In this document: piece by piece, positions 40,341 to 53,740 of the stretch
Position numbering within the stretch: the first letter of the stretch is position 1
Layout of the letters: every line of letters begins with the position of its first letter
Assembly: GCF_006345805.1 (NCBI RefSeq)
Contig: NC_043006.1
Coordinates: forward strand, 59,458,001-59,522,000
Length of the DNA stretch: 64,000 nt
Direction: 5' to 3'
DNA from: Octopus sinensis
Taxonomy: Eukaryota
Program-made: the position numbers and the translations under genes
The notes under the pieces: model-generated
What the model saw: the letters and a program-made list of their open reading frames with translations, nothing else
Database searches by the model: none
Told to the model about the DNA's origin: nothing

Positions 40341-41557
40341 TACCAGATTGAGTCAAAAGATCTTTCCTTTATTTAAAAGTTCAAACAGGTTGCATACGAA
40401 AAGCCTTTATTTATCAAAATATAAATCCCATCATATTCAATCATCTGTTGCCAGAAGCTCAATTCCGCGCATATATCATCTGGATGGTTTTGAGACAAGA
40501 AAAACAAAAACCCTCCCTGCACCCGTTTTCAACCATATCTACATTGTTGACCTCTGTGCAGGAAATGAGCCACGGCTCGGAAAATGTAATCTGATGGTGC
40601 AAAGTCTGGATTGTAAGTAGGGCAAGGCCGCACTTCCAGCCCATGAGGTTTGGATTGGTAGTGTGTGCTGAAGCATTCTCATACTGTAGGAGTGCGCGTC
40701 CTCCATTGACCAATGCCGGTGGTGGGCTTTCAAAGCATCATATCCTTGCTGCACTTTTCGAGCATAAAAATTAGCGTTGGCTGCATGACCATCTGGGACA
40801 AGCTCAAAGTACAACAACTACTCGAAATTCCGCCAAACACTTAGCATGGCCGTCTGTTCAAACCACTCTTGTTTGACAACTAGTTCTGAAGTCTGGTCGA
40901 AACGAATCCATTGATATCTCTTGTTAGGATTATGAAAATAGATTCATTTTTCATCCCCAATTACAATTCAAGGCAAAAAACGGGATTTTTTTCCAGTAGT
41001 TGTTTTGCAAATGTTCATACATCGTTGAGTCTGGTTATTGGTCTGTTCATAAGGTACTTCTTAACAGCATCTGTTCATAAGACCGAGCTTATTGAGGTGT
41101 CAGTTGATGATGCTCTGTGAATGATCATGTCCAGCCAACAATGTACTTGGCTGTTGTTCAACCATTTAAAGAAAGGCTTCATCTTCATGAACAAGTTTCC
41201 TCTATCTTGGTTTATTGGTTTATTTTTGAGGCTAGTGTTACCTTTCTTAAAACATCTGAACCAATTTTGTACTATACGTTCGGTGACAGTTCATGGGCAA
41301 TCAGCATGATTAATTTCTTTTGCCGCTGCCTTTCACTGAGTCCTTTTCCACAGGCAGTGTAAAATTGCTCTAACCGCAATTTCGTCACTACTCATTACCA
41401 AATCTGTAAGATATGTTATATATGAGAATAAAGAATAAAGAATAAACAATGCAGCAACGATTGGGGAATTTGTATCAAATTAATGTTAAGACATGAAGAT
41501 ACAAGTCGCCAGAAAACATCAAAGAAAATCCGAAGAAACATTTGATTCAACCTGGTA
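40341..41557 (-). mobile_element. Second mariner family element, full length, decayed
   Basis: Imperfect TIRs TACCAG(A/G)TTGA(G/A)TCAAA; fragments LYFELVPDGHAANANFY, LLQYENASAH. Confidence 0.8.
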
Positions 41558-41573
41558 TATATACATACATATA

Positions 41574-41638
<65 letters not shown>

Positions 41639-41739
41639 AGAGAGAGAGAGGGGACAGAGAGACAGACACAAAAAATATTAGATAGATAAATAGATATGTG
41701 CACACACACACACACACACACATACACACACACGCATAC

Positions 41740-43090
41740 ACACTATGGCTATGAAAAGGGAGAAAACAATAAACCAGACTAGTAACATCACTATTATGAT
41801 TTGACTGTTTCCCCTGTATCTGACGAGGAATGTTACAATTATCTAGGGGTGAATGAAAATATATTTTACTGTGGCACCTGTAACAAAACACGTGTTACTA
41901 AAGAATATTACAGCCAAATAAAGAAAATTTGGACCTCAGAAGTCTCTGCATTCAATAAAACAGTGGTCCACAATGTACTTGCAGTGCCAGTACTCATAGC
42001 AACATTTGGGCTGCTTGATTGGACGCTTGATGCGATTGGAGCTATTGATATAAAAACCCTAAAGATACTAATAACCACACATAATTTCCATATAAACAGA
42101 TCACCTCTACCTAAAACGAAAACAAGGCAGAAGAGGCTTAACATCGATCCAAAATGCTTTGAATGTCGCATCATATCCCTTCGGCACCATCACGTGTTGA
42201 AGTGCATCCCTTGACCAAGTTTGTATACATGAGGCTTATAACATCATAAGATTTGGAAGGTAGCTCCTTGAGCAACACTCTTTGTCTGATAGCTTAGAAT
42301 ACATGCCCAAAGAATTCGCACGACTCTACCGCAACGTATCATCTGGTGAAAGTATGAGCCTATATGAGCAGAAGACTATGCATGGATATGCTACTACAAA
42401 GCTCCGTGATGATTGTAACATCGATCATCAAAGCAGTTTATCATGGACCTATAGCCGGATTACTACCTCCCACTTTGAAGGGTATGCGTTTGCAATCCAG
42501 GAACAGGAAATATCAACCAAGTACCTAATGCACAAAAGGGATGGAGATGCAGGTAAAGCCGTAAAGTGTGACAACCGATGCAGACTTTGTGGAGTTCACG
42601 CTGAAAATATTACCCACATCATAAGCAGCTGTCCGAGAATGTCATCACGGTATTATCTACCGATGAGACATGACGTTGTAGCTAGGACACTCTATAATGA
42701 AATTCGTCAGAAGTATAATCCAGAGGAAAAAGAAATAAGAACCCACAATATGGTAAAAGCCATAACCTCTCATAATAAAAAGGAATACTGGAGGAATGTA
42801 CCAAGGAAGACCTCAATAAAATGTAAGGACAACGGACCTGATATGATGATTTGGGATAGAGAAGAGAAACTGTGCACAGTTGTAGAAATTAGCTGCCCAG
42901 CGGATGTTAACATAAAGCTGAAGATCAGTGAAAAAGAGAATATCTACGCTGAACTATTGAGAAATCTACAGTTACTCTATCCAGATTACAAGTTAATGTT
43001 TATACCTGTAATTACTGGGGCCCTGTGATATGTAACACACTGCCTAAATACTAATCTTGAGAAATTAGGCTTCCCGAACCCAGAAAGGCG
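41740..43090 (+). pseudogene. R4/Dong-like RLE non-LTR retrotransposon fragment
   Basis: YNYLGV, NKTVVHNVLAVPVL..FG, FAIQEQEI, CRLC..E...HIISSC..RHD, PDMMIWD..VEISCP..K..Y (CCHC plus PD-D endonuclease). Confidence 0.88.
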
Positions 43091-43388
43091 AATGCTGGCT
43101 GACTGTTGCATATACAACACAAGTAACTAAACAATAAAAGAGACTTCTGTGGCTCAAAACTAGGCAGATTAGTTGACCTTAAATTAAACCCTCTCAAATC
43201 AGATAAACTTGATAATTTTGTTGACATTGAAGCATTTTCTTATAGCATACCATTGTCGTACCTCTTGTGAAGGATATATTGTAAAACTGTCTTTTTTTTT
43301 GCTTTTTTTTTTTTGTAGATACAGGTTGATGTAAACTATATATCAGAATACCTACAATTTGTTATCAATTATATTTGTAAGTGAATTT

Positions 43389-43857
43389 GGATCTTTTCGG
43401 TTTGAACGGCAGTTTTTTCTAGCGGTGTCATATGAAATTGTCACCCATAATTATTACCCTAGTATCGATCTATTGCATTTCAATCTGTTTTAGGGTTAGG
43501 GTTAGTTAGGGTTAGGGTTTGGGTTAGGGTTAGGGTTAGGGTTAGGGTTAGGGTTAGGGTTAGGAGGAAGGGTATCTTTTTTTCTTCACAAATGTAAATA
43601 AACCCAATCTGTTTCTTAAACGAGGGACATACTCATACGGCACAGAATGTTTTTCACCTCAATAGACGTCATTGATTGGTTGAAATTGCAGAAATTGAAG
43701 AAAAACAACAACAAATATCTTACAAACTATAGAATTTTCTCAATAAAGCCAAGAGAAAAAGATGTTTTATAAGCACATTCTACCAGTATACGAAGTTTAA
43801 AAGTGTTTAGTTTCGTGGAAATTATTTTATAAACTGCTGTTCAAACCGAAAAGATCC
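43389..43857. mobile_element. MITE with about 27-bp TIRs and 8-bp TSD
   Basis: TIR GGATCTTTTCGGTTTGAACGGCAGTTT; TSD GTGAATTT at 43381-43388 and 43858-43865. Confidence 0.92.
43490..43564 (+). repeat. Interstitial (TTAGGG)n inside the MITE
   Basis: About 12 units with variants TTAG and TTTGGG. Confidence 0.95.
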
Positions 43858-44378
43858 GTGAATTTTTTTTCAAACAACGTATTTGACTAAGTTTTGTTTA
43901 TAAACGCTACAAAATATAAACACTAAATATATAGTCGATTGTGTTTATTTTAAAATTCATGTTTCCACAAATGTCGAGTACCCCTGTAATTTCTTTTGTG
44001 TATCCTGGTTTTAAAATATCTTCTTTAAAGCAAGTCACAGCAGTTTGTTTGCATGGTTTCTGAGATTGATGAGACAAAGTATGAAAGAAACCATGATTGG
44101 TAGGTTATCTTCAGAGAGATAATCTGGTCCTAAAACTCGTAAGTACTCAATGTAAATTCGTGAGACTTAATTCGTCACTTAGACAGCAAGTTGTATCCAA
44201 AACCCAAGACCAGCTTCAGCACAGAAATCTATTCGATTTCTCCCACAATGGAATCAGGCCGATACGAAACTATAGTTGACCATGTTAAAAAAAAACTCAA
44301 CAGATGAGTGGGATCGAACGAGTACTCACGTGATTTTGAAGGAAACATTTAATTACGCTATGGAAGTATATTCCATCT

Positions 44379-44742
44379 GTGGAGGCGCAATGGCCCAGTG
44401 GTTAGGGCAAGCGGACTCGCGGTCGGAGGATCGCGGTTTCGATTCCCAGACCGGGCGTTGTGTGTGTTTATTGAGCGAAAACACCTAAAGCTCCACGAGG
44501 CTCCAGCAGGGGGTCGGTGGCAACCCCTGTTGTACTCTTTCGCCTCAACTTTCTCTCACTCCACTCTTACTTCCTGTTTCTGTTGTACCTGTATTTCAAG
44601 GGGCCGGCCTTTACACTCTCTGTGTCACGCTGAATATCCCTGAGAACTACGTTAAGGGTGCACGTGTCTGTGGAGTGCTCAGCCACTTACACGTTAATTT
44701 CACGAGCAGGCTGTTCCAATGATACGACGGAGTGCTTCCATC
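44379..44742 (+). mobile_element. SINE A (tail Y, short internal deletion)
   Basis: 11-bp TSD ATATTCCATCT at 44368-44378 and 44743-44753. Confidence 0.93.
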
Positions 44743-45042
44743 ATATTCCATCTACTCCGGAATCTAACTATTTAACCAAGGTAATAGTAGACTATTTCTC
44801 TTTCTCTGTACATCTGTGTGTGTGTGTGCTTGTGTGTGTTGATATCTCGGAAAGCCAATGCTGGATGGTATTGACGTACATGAAGCTAGAAAAGAAACCA
44901 TAAAAAATGCTTGCTGTCGTGTCATATTGTCATCTGACATACGTAAAGTAACTTGGAAGTTGTTTTCCGCTGATAATCTCATTTAACAGATTTCTCATTA
45001 GAAAATAGCAAAATCTTCTTCCATCTCAGCCTTTATTTAAAA

Positions 45043-45420
45043 CTAGCAGTATCGCCCGGCGTTGCTCGGGTTTGTAAGGGAAATAACTATATAAGCATTT
45101 TTAGAGAGTTATAGCCAAAAAATAGCAAAAAAATGCATTAAAAATGGAAAAAAATGATGGTAACTTTTTTTTTAAATCGTTGACTCATCGTAGACATTTT
45201 TAGAGAGTTACTTCCCTTATATAATAGCGAAAAAATGCATTAAAATGGAAAACAATTATGGTAATTTTTTTTTAAATCGTAGACTCATCGTAGACGCGCG
45301 CTAATACCCAGAAGGGCTCAATATGAATTACGACTATAAGATACCCGCTTTTGCTTAAACTGCACCGCAAAATGTGGGAGTAGTTAGGAATCTAAATCGT
45401 AGGAGATAGACACACAACTT
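45043..45420 (-). mobile_element. Non-autonomous Helitron (same family as 4112)
   Basis: 3' hairpin CCCGAGCAACGCCGGG plus CTAG; 5' TC end missing. Confidence 0.8.
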
Positions 45421-45800
45421 CGTTTGTTTTTGGGGTTTTTTTCGACTTTTTCTTGAATCCTTTTTGTTCCTTTCTTCTGAAATTCTCTTTTATTCTTACA
45501 CATAGCCAGCGATGACTTCTGCATGCATATAAAACATATTCGTAAGTGGAGGCTAAGATTTTTTTATGTTATAATGATTAAAAAAAAGAAAAGAAAACAA
45601 GAAATGACCTTTGATTAATTGGTATCTGGTGAAAAGGAAACAGATTTATGTAGTTGACACTTTTTGACAAAAGCGGAAAAGGTGAGAACTCAGAAATCTG
45701 AATTAAATGAGATTCTATCATTTTGACCGACGTACTAACGATTCTGCCAGGTCGCTACCTTGCATACATACATACATACATACATACATACATACATACA

Positions 45801-45833
<33 letters not shown>

Positions 45834-45861
45834 GTATGTATGCATGTATATAAACATGCAC

Positions 45862-45899
<38 letters not shown>

Positions 45900-46034
45900 G
45901 AATTTATATATGTATATATGTGGGAGTGTATACATATATGTGTGCATATGTGTGTAATCAAATGTGTACATATATACAAACATACACACGCATATATATA
46001 TACATATATATTCATATATATATGTATATATGTG

Positions 46035-46099
<65 letters not shown>

Positions 46100-46119
46100 A
46101 TGCGTGTGTGTAGGTCACT

Positions 46120-46845
46120 ATTAAGGTTATTTCAAGATTTCTTGTCAATAGAGAAAGAACCGGTTTCTAACCTAGATTCAAGGCTCCTTCATTGGAATTT
46201 CAAAATCAACAACAGGGTATTTTTGTTTGTTTGTATGTATGCATGTATGTATGTGTCTATGTATGTATGTATGTATGTATGTATGTATGTATGTATGTAT
46301 GTATGTATGTATGCATGTATGTATGAATGTATGTATGTATGTATGCGTATATGTATGTATGTGTGCAGATTTGTATGCCTTATGTATGTCTTCTCATGCA
46401 TATAGTTGCATATCTAGACATGCTCATATATATTTAAATGATAAACTTCTGGAAAGTTTTACAGATTTTTACAGTTCCAGTGATGGACTGGATCTGTAGT
46501 CTTCGAATTAACTTTCTCCTTTCCGGTTTTGAGAATTCTAATTTCTCAAGATTGGTATTTAGGCAGTGTGTTACATATTCCATGGCCCCAATAATTACAG
46601 GTATAAACCTGAACTTGTAATCTGGATAGAGTAACTGCAGATTTCTCAATAGTTCAGCGTAGGTGTTCTCTTTTTCACTGATCTTCAGCTTTATGTTAAC
46701 ATACGTTGAGCAGCTAATTTCCACAACTGTGCACACTTTCTCTTCTCTATCCCAAATCATTATATCAGGTTTGTTTTGCTTACATTTTATTGAGGTCTTC
46801 CTTGGTACATTCCACCAGTATTACTTTTTATTATGGGTGATTATG
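46120..46845 (-). pseudogene. R4/Dong-like 3' copy: RLE end plus 3'UTR containing expanded (TACA)n
   Basis: MIWDREEKVCTVVEISC..QKFII nearly identical to 42850-43080; UTR spans the (TATG)n tract. Confidence 0.88.
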
Positions 46846-46897
46846 CATATATGTGAGAATGTATACATGTGTGTGTATATCTATGTATGTATGTATG

Positions 46898-46948
<51 letters not shown>

Positions 46949-47056
46949 ATTACGTGACCGACCAGGCTATCAGATGTTGCTGCACATCGCTGGTCACAAT
47001 GCTCTTCGCATTGTTTTAGCCTTCAAATGACGCCATCCCGCTGGCTAAGCGAGCAG

Positions 47057-47092
<36 letters not shown>

Positions 47093-47206
47093 AATATGCA
47101 CACGCATATATGTGTGTGTACGTACGTACGTATGTATGTATGTATGTATGTATGTATGTATGTATGTATGTATGTATGTATGTGTGTACGTATGTATGTA
47201 TGTATA

Positions 47207-47596
47207 TCATTATTCAGTTTATTTCAAGATTTCTTGCCAATAGAGAAAGAACCAAACTACAACATCATGTCTCATCGGTAGATAATACCGTGATGACATT
47301 TTCGGACAACTGGTTATGACGTGGGTGATATCCTCAGTGTGAACTTCACAAAGTTTGCACCGGTTGTCACAATTTACGGCTTTACCTTGTATCGTCATCC
47401 CTTTTGTGCATCAGGTACTTGGTCGATATTTCCTGTTCCTGGATTGCAAACGCATACCCTTCAAAGTGAGAGGTAGTAATCCGGCTATAGGTCCATGATA
47501 AACTGCTTTGATGATCGATGTTACAATCATCACGGAGCTTTGTAGTAGCATATCCATGCATAGTCTTCTGCTCATATAGGCTCATACTTTCACCAT
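47207..47596 (-). pseudogene. R4/Dong-like copy with internal deletion, embedded in (TACA)n
   Basis: GESMSLYEQKTMHGY..RHDVV then a jump at 47253-47257 to the 3' terminus; TACA arrays on both sides. Confidence 0.88.
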
Positions 47597-47989
47597 ACTT
47601 TTGATTGTATGTATGTATGTATGTATGTATGTATGTATGTATGTATGTATGTATGTATGTATGTGTGTATGTGTGTATGTATGCATGTATATATACAAAA
47701 TTCTTAGCGACATTCCGTCTGTGTTTATGTTCTGCTTTCAAATTCCATCGAGACCGATTTAGCTTTTCACCCTTTCGGGGTCTCTGAAATATGTACCAGT
47801 TGAGTAATGGACTCTATGTAATCGACTAAACCCTCCCTCAAAATTTCAGGTACTTCTGTGCCCATAGTAGAAAGGATTATATATAAAATGTTCATATATT
47901 TGTCGGTCTTTCTCTCCCTCTTTTTCCCTCCTAGGCACATGCACGCTTTTTATCATTCAAGTATATTACTATACATAAAATATATATCT

Positions 47990-48728
<739 letters not shown>

Positions 48729-48917
48729 AAGCTTCTTAACACACTCACGTCTGCGTCTCACTCCATTTTCCCTTTTTGACAAGAAGTGTCATTAACATTA
48801 ATCTCTTTCCATTTCATAATTTTTTTCGTTTTCCTTTATTTATTTATCGATTTGCTTATCACATTAAAAAATGCTAGCTGATACGACTTTTTTTCATGCG
48901 GAAGTTATTGCAGGAAA

Positions 48918-49678
48918 GGCGGTGAGCTGGCAGAAACGTTAGCCGGGCGAAATGCGTAGCCGTATTTCGTCTGCCGTTGCGTTCTGAGTTCAAATTCCGC
49001 CGAGGTCGACTGTGCCTTTCATCCTTTCGGGGTCGATAAATTAAGTACCAGTTGCGCACTGGGATTCGATCTAATCGACTTAATCCGTTTGTCTGTCCTT
49101 GTTTGTCCTCTCTGTGTTTAGCCCCTTGTGGGTAGTAAAGAAATAGGTATTTCGTCTGCCGCTACGTTCTGAGTTCAAATTCCGCCGAGGTCGACTTTGC
49201 CTTTCATCCTTTCGGGGTCGATTAAATAAACACCAGCTACGCACTTGTGTCGATGTAATCGACTTAATCCGTTTGTCTGTCCTTGTTTGTCCTCTCTGTG
49301 TTTAGCCCCTTGTGGGTAGTAAAGAAATAGGTATTTCGTCTACCGCTACGTTCTGAGTTCAAATTCCGCCGAGGTCGACTTTGCCTTTCATCCTTTCGGG
49401 GTCGATTAAATAAGCACCAGCTACACACTGGGGTCGATGTAATCGACTTAATCCGTTTGTCTGTCCTTGTTTGTCCTCTTTGTGTTTAGCCCCTTGTGGG
49501 TAGTAAAGAAATAGGTATTTCGTCTGTCTTTACGCTTTACGTTCAAATTCCACCGAGGTCGACTTTGCTTTCATCCTTTCCGGATCGATAAATTAAGTAC
49601 CAGTTGCGTACTGAGGTCGATATAATCGACTGGTCCTCTCCTCCAAAATGTCAGGCTTTGTGCCTAGAGTAGAGAAGA
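48918..49678 (+). mobile_element. SINE B tandem array: one head, three tail-1 bodies, last body with tail 2
   Basis: Junctions at 49146, 49330 and 49514 (184-bp period). Confidence 0.92.
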
Positions 49679-50380
49679 AGTTATTACAGTAAAACTTTTC
49701 CGTGTCATTATTTTAATTTGTCCATGAATTATGAATTAATTTGTGATAAAGGAGGTTGTTTTATGACTAGGTAATTATATGTAATACTATGCAAAGATGA
49801 AGAGGGCTTATAAGACCAAAACATTACAGTAGTTGTCACCATAGCTACCAAAATCCGACTTCCTCACCACTCAGTGATTCGCTTGTTTTTCTTGATAAGA
49901 ATTATCATTAGTGCTAATGATATTTTTTATCAATACTAATTTGATACCAACTGATAACAATTACGATTTGGCTTTCTGAAAAAATTATATCAGCCTGCAC
50001 TTAACGCTATCTCTTGCATACTGAACTACGCGTGACTGTTACGTATGACAATGACAGACTGACTTAGATGTTTTGTTGTCGTGACCTCCATCCATTTCTC
50101 TTGAATCGCAGCACATCTGTGAAATGGAATACTCACATCCAAGGCTCTTTCCCCTCATTTTTCTCTTTATGTTTTCATTTTATCCTATTCTCTCTCTCCC
50201 CCCCTCTCTCTCTCTCTCTGTCTTCACTGAACTGCTCTCACTACCACCAGAATAACAATTAACGTTACCACACAAGCCATTCATTGGACTCTTTCCACAA
50301 ACACTCTCATCATATCACAACCATTACAATCACCAGCTACACCACAACAAGCCACTTGTCTCAATACGACCACAATAATA

Positions 50381-50700
50381 GTGGAGGCGCAATGGCCCAG
50401 TGGTTAGGGGATCGAGCTTGCGGTCGTAAGAACGCGGTTTCGATTGCGAGACCGGGCATTGTAAGAATTTATTGAGCAAAAACACCTAAGCTCCACGCGG
50501 CTCCGGCGGGGGCGAGGGTGAACCCCGCTGTACTCTTTCACCATAACTTTCTCTCACTCTTTCTTCCGACTTCTACCTCAAAGCAGAGGAACCATCGTGT
50601 AACCTACTATGGTGTGGTAAACTTTCAGACCCTAGTCTAGATTGCGAATCCTCTGTACCCCAGGATGGTCCAGCTCTCCACCCGTTAAAAATGGCCACCA
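50381..50700 (+). mobile_element. SINE with family A head and a third tail (Z)
   Basis: Departs from tails Y and X after TTTCTCTCACTCTTTCTTCC. Confidence 0.75.
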
Positions 50701-51473
50701 TTTACGGAATGAGGATAACAACGTAGCTTTCGCGCCCGTGCAGCTGCCAGTCTATCGCGTGTATTGGGTGGATCTTCAAGTTGCCACACGCATTCTTAAT
50801 AGCTTAGAATAGGCTCGAATTAGAAATTATTCTTTGTGGCTAATGGCGTGAGTCCTGATTGGAAAAAGAAGAAGACTACAACAACACATACCACCACTAC
50901 CGCTACATTTATCCCCTACGCGCACGACACATAATCAACATAATTTGTAACCACTTTTTCTACTCCTCGAACATACCCCTGACAAACCACAACAATTAAC
51001 TAAATTATAACTGCCGTCCAACCATGACAAGTATAAAGGGATCCTCTGTTTGATCACTTGACCAGCTGGGAAGAGCATTTTCTACTAAAATCTACTTAAA
51101 TCTACCATATTCTACTCAAAAGGTGTTCGGCATCTCGTGACCATGGAAGACAATTGCGCAGTGGGATCAAACCTGGAGCCACAATGTTGTGGTGTGAACC
51201 TATATTCCAACTCAGTATGTGGGCCAGATAGTTTCCTCACCATACGGTTAAAATAGTGCAGAAACAGCATCATCAAACCAGTAAAGATGCTCTTTCAAAA
51301 GTCACTAGATACCGGCATATACCTATAGCTAGTGAAAGACGCAACAGTAGCAGCTATTCACAAGGGATGAAGCTAAAAATTACAGACTTGGTTGTCTCAC
51401 ATCTTACACATCTAAAATTGTCAAACGCACTGTCCGAAGAAAAATAACGCTGTGTAACAAAAATGTATCTATT

Positions 51474-51480
<7 letters not shown>

Positions 51481-51559
<79 letters not shown>

Positions 51560-51603
51560 TATTATTATTATTATTATTATCATCATCATCATCATCATCA
51601 TCA

Positions 51604-51660
<57 letters not shown>
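51481..51660. repeat. Alternating (TTA)n/(TCA)n trinucleotide blocks
   Basis: Directly visible; source of the poly-L/S ORF. Confidence 0.95.
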
Positions 51661-51662
<2 letters not shown>

Positions 51663-52238
51663 TTGTCTTTAATCAGTTAGTGTTATTTCCTATTTGCTTC
51701 TATCTAGAAATCAAAGTAAATGACTTCTATCCCTTTCAAACTTTGCTTTTGTAACTTGAACATTAGTGTTTTGAAACTGATCTATCTTCCATTGCATTTC
51801 AGAGAGATTCAGCGCTGAATTGATGAAGCAGAAATAGCGTCATAAAAATATTCTGCTCAATATCACTGATTTTCGTGTCAGTTGCTTGAACTTAACCACT
51901 TGAGCATATCTTAGAGGCTGACAACATATGCATCTCTGATCATGGGCAAAAATAATTGGGGAGCATCATAGCCATGTGTTGAGAGGGGTTGTTTGGGGTT
52001 TGAATAAATGTAACAAAAGCAAAGTATGAAGGAAATATTAGCCATTTTTCATACTTTCTAGAAGTAAGCTATTAGGAAATAACGGTTGCTACCTTAGAAC
52101 AAAGGTCGTGTCACGCAGTGTAATTACGTACTTTGTACGTTCAACATTATTACAGAACTGGCTTTGTAGGTTAATGACAGCAGTGGCTAGTGTTATTTGA
52201 GAGCTAAAAAGTTTTGTGGTGAAGAATTACTTTTGCGA

Positions 52239-52478
52239 GATTCATCATGGATTAGAAAAGCAGATTCATCATGGATTAGAAAAGCAGATTCATCATGGAT
52301 TAGAAAAGCAGATTCATCATGGATTAGAAAAGCAGATTCATCATGGATTAGAAAAGCAGATTCATCATGGATTAGAAAAGCAGATTCATCATGGATTAGA
52401 AAAGCAGATTCATCATGGATTAGAAAAGCAGATTCATCATGGATTAGAAAAGCAGATTCATCATGGATTAGAAAAGTA
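52239..52478. repeat. 24-bp minisatellite, 10 copies (GATTCATCATGGATTAGAAAAGCA)
   Basis: Nine identical units plus a tenth with one mismatch. Confidence 0.97.
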
Positions 52479-52862
52479 AGACGTGTGCTTGGTGTTGCTT
52501 GCACGACGTTTGCGTCTTGCTCCAAATAAATGGGTAAAGTTGCAGTCATTGGTTATACATAGTCTCTCGCGTTGAGAATAGTGGCATATTTGGGGGTTTC
52601 GTGCGTTCATAGATTTCACTTTATTTGCAGTTGGTAGATTTATCATGGTGCTGTGAGGTATGCATTCAGACTGAATTGGACAGTGGGTGGAAGAAAGGAG
52701 TGATTCTTCATTGATTGGAGTAGAAGTTGTAGTAGTGGCAATGGTTGTAGCAGTAGAATAGGATAACAATGGTGATGGTGAATTTTTAGTGTTACTCTGA
52801 GAGAGTGAGGAATTTGAGTAGCTTGACTGTGTAGAAGAGCTAGAGACTGTGTAATTTAATAA

Positions 52863-53740
52863 GTGATCAGTTGTGCTTCGATACTTCTGCCTGCCATTCC
52901 CACCACCTTCAGGTTCAGATTTCGCCAGCTCGAAAGTCTGACAAGCAGACTGAACCTGATCGACGCCCGCCCGGCATTCTTCCTATTAAGGAAGAAACTC
53001 GCCATGTTAAAATTTCTATATACCTTCCTAAATGCTCCTCGCAACAGCCACACATCTCTTCTCATAGATATTGATGCCTGTGTCCAACGGCTCACTGAGG
53101 AGATATGGAATGTGTGGTTTGACGGACTTGGGTAGCAACAGGCCGCTCTACCGGTCCGATATGGTGGCCTCATCGTCTGGTCTTCAATCTCACTGGCTCT
53201 GTCGGCATTTCTCTCGTCGGTGACTTCTTTCTACGTTTTCATCAACAGGATTGTCAACAATACAACTGAACTTTATGTGATCAGTGCTTCCTTGAGTCTT
53301 GTCCTTCGGATGTGTGAGCCTCACAACTGCCGCTGCGGACGCACTGGATTCTTTCGATCGCCACCCATTATCATGCTATTATGGTGATGACCGCCTTACA
53401 CGCGAAACTACTCTCAACAAAATTATAATGCATGACCTAGACGCTGTAGACTTCCCTTCCCAGCTGGAGCCAACCGAGCTAGACAAGGAGGATGGTGAAA
53501 GACGAGATGGCATGACAATTTTCACTTTCCTGGGTGGTAAGCCACTCATCTTGGATTCCACAAACTGCAACAACTTCTCCAGCAACAACGTGGTGTGTAT
53601 AGCTCTCAGCCCAGGCTTTGCTGCACGTAAAGCAGAGAAGCACAAAATGTCAAAGTATCAGGCACTCTCTGATAGATTTGTGGTCGAATCTGCGACAGTG
53701 GAGACGGTGCTCACTGATTTGTCGTCGAGTCTGTGATAGT
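52863..53740 (+). pseudogene. CRE-clade non-LTR retrotransposon 3' fragment (RT thumb plus RLE)
   Basis: QQAALPVRYGGL, HPLSC..R..TLNKII, PSQLEP.ELDKEDGERRDGMT..F.GGKPLILDST, AARKAEKHKMSKY. Confidence 0.8.

Noticed and set aside
42282-43028. Longest ORF (248 aa) as a host gene
   Set aside because: It is the zinc-knuckle/RLE end of a truncated R4-like retrotransposon with sister copies nearby.
43490-43564. TTAGGG as a chromosome end or fusion site
   Set aside because: It is short, lies inside a MITE with intact TIRs and TSD, and has no head-to-head CCCTAA array.
48918-49678. 184-bp periodic arrays as CRISPR or tRNA clusters
   Set aside because: The whole unit is repeated and matches a dispersed SINE.
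52239-52478. 24-bp repeats as a CRISPR array or repeat protein
   Set aside because: The units are contiguous with no spacers, there are no cas genes, the context is eukaryotic, and the ORFs are only the repeat itself.
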